32,000 bases of DNA, from contig JAIZWK010000001.1 of assembly GCA_021498095.1 (NCBI GenBank), positions 3,270,001 to 3,302,000 of the forward strand, given 5' to 3'. The stretch is from Candidatus Harpocratesius repetitus. Its GTDB lineage: Archaea > Asgardarchaeota > Lokiarchaeia > Sigyniarchaeales > Promethearchaeaceae. Numbering within the stretch: position 1 is the first letter of the stretch; each line of letters opens with the position of its first letter. Positions 24,987-32,000 of the stretch are shown here, piece after piece. A program made the position numbers and the translations under genes. The notes beneath the pieces were generated by a model. The model made no database searches, was not told the DNA's origin, and was given only the letters and a program-made list of their open reading frames with translations.

Positions 24987-27158
24987 ATGTTACAAGAAAT
25001 CGTAATAGAAGTTTGGACGCTTTGGTTTGTCCTTGTTTCTGCCATTGCAAGTTTCGTAGTTGCTTTTCTTTTAAAAAGAAGAGTTGCTAATGCAGACCCT
25101 GGAAATGAAGCAATGGTTACCGTACAAGGTTATATTAAAGACGGAGCCGCAGCGTTTATAAAACGTCAATACATTACCTTGGCTATTTTTGTTGGTGTAT
25201 TCGCAATAGTCATCGGATTTGCTTATGGTATTGGAGTCGAAGGTGATGCGATTCCATGGTATTTCATGGTACTTTCCTATATTATTGGTTCTATTGCCTC
25301 AGGATGGGCAGGATGGCTGGGAATGAATGTGGGTGTAGATGCAAATGCTAAAACAGCACAAGCAGCCACAAAAGGTCTAGCTCCAGCATTTAATGTTTCA
25401 TTCTTCGGTGGTGCGGTTATGGGTTTAATCGTCACTGGAGCAGCTCTTGGTGGTGTATGGGCACTCTATTTCTTTACAGGTGAACCAAGATACATTCTCG
25501 GATTCTCATTTGGTGCATCTTCAATTGCATTATTTGCAAAAGCAGGTGGAGGAATCTATACTAAAACTGCTGATGTTGCAGCTGATTTAGTCGGTAAAAT
25601 CGAATATTCATTACCTGAAGATGATCCTCGAAATCCTGCAGCAGTTGCAGATAATGTTGGAGACAACGTAGGAGATATCGCCGGAATGGGCGCAGACTTA
25701 TTCGACTCATATGTAGCATCCATTTTAGGTGCAATGTTACTCGCATTCTCAGAAATGATTAATAATAATTTTGATATTATGGATATTAATACAACAACCA
25801 TCACATCATTTCCATTAGTAATCAGTGCTGCTGGATTATTTGCCTCAATTATTGGTATTTTCTTGATTGCTAAATTAGTCAAAGATAGTCCAGGAAAAGC
25901 CTTAAACTTAGGTACATACCTTGCAACAGCTTTGTTTATTGGAATAAGTGCTTTATTCACCTTATTTATGACATTGGGTGTTAACCTTAGTGCAGATATG
26001 CCAAGCCGCTTATGGGCAAACTGGGGTGCTGGGGTTTTTGGAGTTTTAGCAGGTTTAGTTATTGGAATTACTACAGACTACTTCACTAATGATGAAAAAA
26101 CACCAACTCGTGCCACAGCAGAATCTTCTCAACAAGGTCATGCTTTGAATATTTTAACCGGTTTCTCCTATGGTTTATTGAGTGTTGCACCACCTGTTAT
26201 TGGAATTGTTATTGCAATGGGTGTCGCTTATGCTTTAGACGGTTTAGTTGGTGTTGCTAATGCTTCCACCGGTATGTTAGCAATCGTAGGAACTATCGTT
26301 GCAAATGATGCATATGGTCCAATCGTTGACAATGCTCGTGGAATAGCAGAACAAGGTGGATTAGACGAAGAAGTTATTCAACTCTGTGATCGACTTGACT
26401 CTGCAGGAAACACTGCCAAAGCGATTACCAAAGGTTTCGCAATTGGTGCAGCTGCATTAACTGTATTAGCTTTATTATATTCTTTCATGGAAGAAGCAAA
26501 AAATGTTGCACTTTCATATGGAATCACCACCTTAAATCTACATGATACAAATGGAATTTATCAATTGGATTTAATGAACCCTGTTATCATGATTTGTGCT
26601 TTATTAGGAATTGCAGTCCCTACCGTTTATTCTGCTGTGTTGATTTTTGGTGTCGAACGAAATGCTCAAACTATGGTTAAGGAAATTCGACGACAATTTG
26701 AAGAGAATCCAAAAATCTTAACTGGTGAAGAACCCGCCGATTTTGAAAAATGTATTGATATTGCAACCAAAGGTTCATTAAAAGAATTGACAGTTCCTAT
26801 CTTATTAGCTATCGGCACTCCATTATTAGTTGGTATTCTATTTGGAATCCAAGGCTTAGGTTCTTTCTTAGCTTCAAGCATTTTAATCGGGTTAACCTTT
26901 GCACTTTTACTTTCAAATTCTGGAGGTACATGGGATAACGCAAAGAAATATATCGAAGATGGTAATTTAGGTGGAAAAGGAACCTTAGCTCATGCAGCAG
27001 CTGTTACCGGAGATACTGTTGGTGATCCTTTCAAAGATACAGCAGGACCTTCAATCAATACATTAATTACTGTAATGTCATTAACTGCTACAATGTTTTT
27101 GGTTGTATTTGTGCGGGTTGGCGATGGAATGGGCTTGCTCACACCATTTTTAATCTAA
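24987..27158 (+). CDS. hppA: Membrane-bound H+-translocating pyrophosphatase, K+-independent signature
   Basis: GGGIYTKTADVAADLVGK, EDDPRNP, DNVGDNVGD, GNTAKAITKG and WDNAKK...GDTVGDPFKDTAGPS motifs with many TM helices. Lys478 and Thr481 occupy the K+-dependence determinant positions. Confidence 0.96.
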   Translation: MLQEIVIEVWTLWFVLVSAIASFVVAFLLKRRVANADPGNEAMVTVQGYIKDGAAAFIKRQYITLAIFVGVFAIVIGFAYGIGVEGDAIPWYFMVLSYIIGSIASGWAGWLGMNVGVDANAKTAQAATKGLAPAFNVSFFGGAVMGLIVTGAALGGVWALYFFTGEPRYILGFSFGASSIALFAKAGGGIYTKTADVAADLVGKIEYSLPEDDPRNPAAVADNVGDNVGDIAGMGADLFDSYVASILGAMLLAFSEMINNNFDIMDINTTTITSFPLVISAAGLFASIIGIFLIAKLVKDSPGKALNLGTYLATALFIGISALFTLFMTLGVNLSADMPSRLWANWGAGVFGVLAGLVIGITTDYFTNDEKTPTRATAESSQQGHALNILTGFSYGLLSVAPPVIGIVIAMGVAYALDGLVGVANASTGMLAIVGTIVANDAYGPIVDNARGIAEQGGLDEEVIQLCDRLDSAGNTAKAITKGFAIGAAALTVLALLYSFMEEAKNVALSYGITTLNLHDTNGIYQLDLMNPVIMICALLGIAVPTVYSAVLIFGVERNAQTMVKEIRRQFEENPKILTGEEPADFEKCIDIATKGSLKELTVPILLAIGTPLLVGILFGIQGLGSFLASSILIGLTFALLLSNSGGTWDNAKKYIEDGNLGGKGTLAHAAAVTGDTVGDPFKDTAGPSINTLITVMSLTATMFLVVFVRVGDGMGLLTPFLI

Positions 27159-27186
27159 ACAGTCAAAAATATTGTATTCAAAAATA

Positions 27187-27249
27187 AATTAACTGCAATA
27201 TTACTTCTAAGAGGAGAAACAAGATTGCAGTTAATTCAATCCTTTTTTT
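27187..27249 (+). terminator. Hairpin (13-bp perfect stem) followed by a T7 tract downstream of hppA
   Basis: AATTAACTGCAAT (27187-27199) pairs with ATTGCAGTTAATT (27224-27236); TTTTTTT at 27243-27249. Confidence 0.65.
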
Positions 27250-27628
27250 CCTATTTCTTTAACAAAACTTAAAAATTCTTTCATATATTACTAAGTAATT
27301 CAAAGAAAATCAACAATGTTCTTTTAAAAAGATAATGGAGTTCAGAAAATGGAAAATTTTTCTTTAATTATGACAAATGATATAGTTGCTAAAAGATATA
27401 GCTTTCAAAATTACTATACTAAAGAGACTCATTTAACCTGTTTCACATAATCTTTATGTCTTCTATTTCTTCTATTCTCTCCATTAATATCTACTTTTCG
27501 AATTTATATCGCATCCTAAGAGTATGAAAAATCCATATATAATGCTGGAGAAAATAGAGTAAAATAAGATTAACTAATCTTTCCCTCCCTTGACCTTTTA
27601 ACCTTCGATTTCAATAGAATATGTATCG

Positions 27629-28639
27629 ATGAAATCCGACAATATTCTGCAAACGGTTTATTCTGCATATTCCACTACTCCTACCGTCACCTTGAACTAT
27701 CGTTCGAGTAACGAATATTGGGAATGGATTCAGAAGCAGCTGCGCCTTCCAGTCACTCCTACAGCCCTAAATGATTTGCTGCGCGGAGGTATTTATCCCG
27801 AACTCTTCTATTTGTTTACATTACCTCGAAATTTTGCCACTCCCTTTCTACTTATGCTGGCGGTGAATTCATATCATCGTTATGTGCAGCAATATCACAC
27901 GGATGAGGGATTAGAGATTTACTTTATGGATACTCTGAATCATTTTGATCCGTATTTTATCAGTGAACAAGCGCGTATGCTAGGTTACAACCCAATGAAA
28001 GTACTATCCAGTATTCAATTACTGCGTGCTTTCACCTGGCCTTCATTGGTGGGGGCTTGTGAAGAACAGTTAGCAGCACTTCCGCCACCATCAAACATGC
28101 GTGTGATTCTTGGTAATTACTTTTTTGGTGATTTTGAAGCCATGCTACAAGATCCACAAACAAAATTTCCTCGCAAAATTTTTCAAGACGTACAGAAAAT
28201 GGTTACTGCACTGCACTCAATTCGCCATCCAAAAACGTATGTTGTTCTAACCGGCCCATTGCATTCACAATCACTGATAAAACCAACTGGTGGAAATTTA
28301 GTGGCGCATTTAGCAGGAGTACATGTAAGAATGACCGTTTCCGAGCAATATCACTATTATACACTGGAGCAACATCCCTTTTTGGCATCCCGAACCATCC
28401 GAGTGCCGAGTTCAATCTCATCTCCTCAAAACAGAACCAAAAGAAAAAAGATAAATAGCCGTTTCATAGGAGGTAGAAACGGACGATCACTTCCTCCTGG
28501 TATTCACAAAAATGATCCAAAAGGATTTCACCCGAAAGATAAATATCTCTTTCACAATAAAGTCAAGCAGACTCGTACGCGCGGATTGGATGAATTTTTT
28601 ATCAAAAAAGGAAAAAATGAGAGAATTAGGAAAAATTAA
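27629..28639 (+). CDS. RadA/Rad51-fold paralog with degenerate Walker motifs (predicted inactive ATPase)
   Basis: ALNDLLRGG, LAVN, YFMDTLNHFDP...GYNPMKVLSSIQLLRAF, KPTGGNLVAH and HPFL follow the RadA core order. GxxxxGKT is replaced by TLPRNFAT and the Walker B strand lacks its Asp (RVILGN). Confidence 0.8.
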   Translation: MKSDNILQTVYSAYSTTPTVTLNYRSSNEYWEWIQKQLRLPVTPTALNDLLRGGIYPELFYLFTLPRNFATPFLLMLAVNSYHRYVQQYHTDEGLEIYFMDTLNHFDPYFISEQARMLGYNPMKVLSSIQLLRAFTWPSLVGACEEQLAALPPPSNMRVILGNYFFGDFEAMLQDPQTKFPRKIFQDVQKMVTALHSIRHPKTYVVLTGPLHSQSLIKPTGGNLVAHLAGVHVRMTVSEQYHYYTLEQHPFLASRTIRVPSSISSPQNRTKRKKINSRFIGGRNGRSLPPGIHKNDPKGFHPKDKYLFHNKVKQTRTRGLDEFFIKKGKNERIRKN

Positions 28640-28688
28640 CAATAAGCATTTCAAAAATTAAACAAGAATATCTAATAGATCATTGAAT

Positions 28689-29651
28689 TCATGCATTAAA
28701 TGAAAGTTTAGTTCCAACATAGCAGGGATTTACATGATCTTCCCCCACATAGGATTTCAAAATTTGCAAAATAGGCGTACGGTTTTTTACTGGAAGAGGA
28801 AGATGATCTGTACAGTGATTGAGATATAACATAGGATTCCCGAATTCATTTTTCAAAATTGATGCAACATCTTCCACTTCTTTTGGAGAATAACGCACCA
28901 TATGACTCCCTCCAATAATTGCTCGAATTGGCTCATTAAACAGTTTTTTCGCATGCAGTGCGATATTTAAAATTCCAGCATGAGCACAACCGGTTATTAT
29001 TACTATTCCAGAATCGGTGCGTAAATACACAGAAGCATCATCATGCACTGGATCAACTTCAAGACCATTTTCACTTTTATGAAAGACAGAAGGTTCCACA
29101 CCAGTAATATATGGACGTTCCCTTATTTCTCCTGAAAACCACAAATTTGATGCGATTTCAACAGGTTCAGATGAATAATGAAATTCTAACATTGATTGGA
29201 AAGGTTCTTTAATTCGTGGAAATCCTAAATTTAATTTTAGGAACAGTAATTTGAGGAATTTACGTTCTTTGACATCTGGATGAGCATAAGTGTGCAAATG
29301 ATGATCTGCAGGAAGAGATTTGAGATATCCCGGTAATGCATCGGTATGATCATAATGTCCATGAGATAAAATCAAGGTTTTGATAGATTCGGGAGAAATT
29401 CTAAGTTCTTGCATGTTGTGAAGAAGTTTTTTACTTGATGCACCCACATCAAACAAAATGTGAGTAGGTTGTTTTGAATCTACTTGCGATACATTCGAGA
29501 TTTTAATAAAAAAAGATTGCCCGTGCCCTCCTTGAAAATTGCTTCCAGGAAGAATTTCATTGCTGAAAAGATTGATAAGTTCGAATAACATAATGTAAGG
29601 GTAGAAGAGCTTTATAAAAAATTTTGTACTTTTAATTAAAATACTTTTCAC
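28689..29651 (-). CDS. Metallo-beta-lactamase-fold hydrolase (COG1237/MJ0301-like family)
   Basis: HGQSF, ILFDVG, LSHGHYDHT, DDAS, ITGCAHAGILNI, IIGGSH and NHCT motifs. The true start may be the ATG at 29591 (MLFELINL). Confidence 0.88.
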   Translation of the reverse strand: MKSILIKSTKFFIKLFYPYIMLFELINLFSNEILPGSNFQGGHGQSFFIKISNVSQVDSKQPTHILFDVGASSKKLLHNMQELRISPESIKTLILSHGHYDHTDALPGYLKSLPADHHLHTYAHPDVKERKFLKLLFLKLNLGFPRIKEPFQSMLEFHYSSEPVEIASNLWFSGEIRERPYITGVEPSVFHKSENGLEVDPVHDDASVYLRTDSGIVIITGCAHAGILNIALHAKKLFNEPIRAIIGGSHMVRYSPKEVEDVASILKNEFGNPMLYLNHCTDHLPLPVKNRTPILQILKSYVGEDHVNPCYVGTKLSFNA

Positions 29652-29775
29652 TCATTCACACTTCTTTACTTTCTTTTACATCGAAATCTACGATCTTACA
29701 CCCTTTAAAACTTAAAAAGAAAGAAAGGAGAAGAAGAAAAAATAGGAACAAAAAAGTAAGTTAAAATAAGAATTA

Positions 29776-31326
29776 TCACGAAAACTCCAAAGAAGGAATA
29801 AATTTAGGCTCAACACGATGTTGTGTTAAAATCTCATATGCATGAGCAATTTTTATCAAAATAGGCTCTTGAAAAGCACCAGCAAAAAAAGATATTCCTA
29901 CAGGTAATTCATGAACATAGCCCATTGGAACAGTAATACTCGGATATCCTGCGATTGCAGCAGCAGAAGTGCTAGAACCAGTAAAATGATCACCATTTAT
30001 CAAATCAATAGGACAAGCAGGATTTGCTGTTGGTGCAACCAGAGCATTAATTTGATATTCTGAGAGAAGTTTGTCGATACCATTAGTGCGTGTGGCTTGT
30101 AAACATTTTTTTTTTAATGTTTTATATTCTTCTGAATTAAGATCTCCTTTTTCTTGAGCTTTTAGAAAAATTTCTTGACCGAAATAAGGTAAAATTTCAG
30201 ATGCATGTTCTTTATTAAAGGAAATTAAGTCTGAAAGGGAATGAACTCGAATATTTGAAGGAAGATCATGCAAAAAACGATTAAGATCAGCTTTAAATTC
30301 ATAAAGTAATAGTTCAAATTCCCATTCTTCTAATTCAGAAGGAAAATTAAAATTTACAGGATCAAAAATGACAGCTCCAGCTTGCTCCATTTTCTTAATC
30401 GCTTGATCAAATAGTTCATCAACTAAATGGTTATATCCACAATAGTCTCGAACCACACCTAATCGAATTCCATGCAATCCTTGATCATCCAAAAAATCAG
30501 TATAATCTCTTGGAATCTCATGTGGAATCTTACTTCCTAAACCAGCAGGATCCGATTGCATAATGTATTCGCTCGATTCTGCCATTACTGAAAGAAGAAT
30601 TGCAGCATTTTCAACCGTTTGAGCCAAAGGACCCGCTGTATCTTGACGATGTGAAATTGGTATAATGCCCTCTTGACTAATCAATCCAACAGTTGGTTTT
30701 ATTCCTACAACGGAATTAATATGAGCAGGACAAAGAATTGAACCATCTGTTTCTGTCCCTACAGCAGCAAGACAGTAATTTACAGCCACTGCTACAGCAG
30801 ATCCTGAACTTGAACCGCAAGGAGTCCGATCTAGTACATAAGGATTCTTCGTTTGACGTCCAATGCTACTCCACCCACTACTTGAATGTGTACTACGAAA
30901 ATTAGCCCATTCACTTAAATTTGCTTTGCCTAGTATAATTGCTCCGGCATTTCTAAGCTTTTCGACTAATTTCGCATCATAATTTCCATAATATTTAGCT
31001 AATGCTAACGAACCTCCTGTTGTTGGCATTTTATCTAGAGTTACAATATTATCTTTAATAATAATAGGAATTCCATGAAGAATTCCCTTAATACCCTTAG
31101 TTAAACGCTGTTGATCTAATTCTTCTGCGATTTTAATTGCAATTGGATTTATACTAAGGATTGCTCTTAATTCAGGATTTTTTTTATCTAACTGGGTTAT
31201 TTGTTTCAGTGAATGTTCTACCAACTGCTTGGCTGTTATCATTCCAACTCTCATTTTTGAGGAGATAGAACTTATACTTATACCATTTTTAATTCCATCA
31301 TTATTTTCTAATTTGAATTTATTCAT
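29776..31326 (-). CDS. Amidase-signature family enzyme (peptide-amidase-like)
   Basis: LHGIPIIIKDNI (catalytic Lys), GKANLSEWANFRS, GSSSGSAVAVA, GTETDGSILCPA (cis-Ser/Ser) and GIIPISHRQDTAGP motifs. Confidence 0.93.
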   Translation of the reverse strand: MNKFKLENNDGIKNGISISSISSKMRVGMITAKQLVEHSLKQITQLDKKNPELRAILSINPIAIKIAEELDQQRLTKGIKGILHGIPIIIKDNIVTLDKMPTTGGSLALAKYYGNYDAKLVEKLRNAGAIILGKANLSEWANFRSTHSSSGWSSIGRQTKNPYVLDRTPCGSSSGSAVAVAVNYCLAAVGTETDGSILCPAHINSVVGIKPTVGLISQEGIIPISHRQDTAGPLAQTVENAAILLSVMAESSEYIMQSDPAGLGSKIPHEIPRDYTDFLDDQGLHGIRLGVVRDYCGYNHLVDELFDQAIKKMEQAGAVIFDPVNFNFPSELEEWEFELLLYEFKADLNRFLHDLPSNIRVHSLSDLISFNKEHASEILPYFGQEIFLKAQEKGDLNSEEYKTLKKKCLQATRTNGIDKLLSEYQINALVAPTANPACPIDLINGDHFTGSSTSAAAIAGYPSITVPMGYVHELPVGISFFAGAFQEPILIKIAHAYEILTQHRVEPKFIPSLEFS

Positions 31327-31455
31327 TTCTATAATATTTTCTCCACTAGTTATTATATTTTTTACATTTTATTAAATTCAAAAACATTATTAGGGGATAG
31401 AACTAAATGAAAAATAATTCTTTTAAATAAGAATATAGTAAGGATTGATAAAATC

Positions 31456-31905
31456 ATGAGTCAAAAAAATATTGAAGATTATCAAGCTGAAATTAAAAAA
31501 ATAGAAGAAAAAATTACAGCATTAAAAGAAGAATATCAGAAGAAACAAGAAGAACAAGCAGCAAATGCTAAAAATAAATTAGAAGAGATTGAAAACACTA
31601 AAGGAAAAGAAGTTCAAAATCTTGAAACTGACATGCATACTAAAAACGAAACCTTAGAACGTGCAATGGAAGCATTAAAAAAAGCGAAAGAAGAATTTCA
31701 AGCAGCAAAAGAAACACATAAAATTTCGCTTAAAGAATATGAAAAAGTTAAAAAAGAATTAACAAAAGAACAAGAAACAGCTGAAAAAACCTTAAATAAA
31801 GAATTAAACAACTTAATTAAAGAACAGAAAAGTAAAATTAAGGAATTAGAGAAAAAAATAAAAGCTGAAGAAAAGGCAATTGCAAAAGCAAATCAAGCCA
31901 GCTAA
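31456..31905 (+). CDS. Small all-coiled-coil protein
   Basis: 149 aa dominated by K/E/A/Q/L, no Pro, a single Gly, continuous heptad character, strongly A-ending codons, AGGA RBS upstream. Confidence 0.8.
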   Translation: MSQKNIEDYQAEIKKIEEKITALKEEYQKKQEEQAANAKNKLEEIENTKGKEVQNLETDMHTKNETLERAMEALKKAKEEFQAAKETHKISLKEYEKVKKELTKEQETAEKTLNKELNNLIKEQKSKIKELEKKIKAEEKAIAKANQAS

Positions 31906-32000
31906 AAACTCGATTATACTTTGAAATATCCATTTTTTTATTTCTTTTTAAAAATTATTATTGATTATTAAGATATTTAGGCGAATATACTAATATATTT

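Noticed and set aside
24760-25005. 81-aa plus-strand ORF upstream of hppA
   Set aside because: Lies in the AT-rich divergent promoter region, overlaps the hppA start and RBS, and has the composition of non-coding DNA.
1368-28421. Remaining short ORF-track entries nested in or antisense to long genes (e.g. 1368, 4020, 6927, 9297, 10285, 12100, 12891, 14083, 14316, 14877, 15502, 16271, 17336-18217, 20852, 25556, 25561, 26666, 28203)
   Set aside because: All overlap well-supported CDSs, with no motifs or RBS support.
29776-31326. Calling the amidase gatA
   Set aside because: Motifs (SEWANFRS, TETDGSILCPA) fit the peptide-amidase-like subgroup rather than GatA (SDTGGSIRQPA), and no gatB/gatC is adjacent.

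Overview
AT-rich (about 30% GC in hand-counted lines) archaeal chromosomal window. Type II MetAP, GGTGA/AGGTGA ribosome-binding sites, TTTATATA boxes, a PP1-like phosphatase and many charged, low-complexity proteins point to an Asgard/Lokiarchaeia-like genome (inference). 1-12547 (-): a MoxR-associated envelope operon, in transcription order a 2362-aa surface protein with a transglutaminase-like domain lacking its catalytic Cys/His plus tandem Ig-like repeats, an Ig+TM+DUF4129-like protein, a stand-alone DUF4129-like protein, a polytopic DUF4350-like protein, and MoxR (truncated by the window and missed by the ORF track). 12781-15860 (-): a compositionally mosaic pair, a 5'-eroded unknown ORF and an LRR-like gene, resembling an orphan toxin/immunity module. 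Then tmk, a decayed MerR-HTH (IS607 TnpA-like) relic inside a 16-bp inverted repeat, map with a long charged N-terminal extension, a C45 peptidase and an SDR epimerase. 20679-24677 (-): three genes sharing an N-terminal MIT-like helical motif (two zinc-ribbon proteins and a PP1-like phosphatase), with an 11-bp tandem array between two of them. The window ends with a K+-independent hppA, a Walker-dead RadA paralog with a PIP-like motif, an MBL-fold hydrolase, an amidase and a coiled-coil protein. No rRNA, tRNA or CRISPR array was seen. All family calls are from motif recognition by eye; no searches were run.
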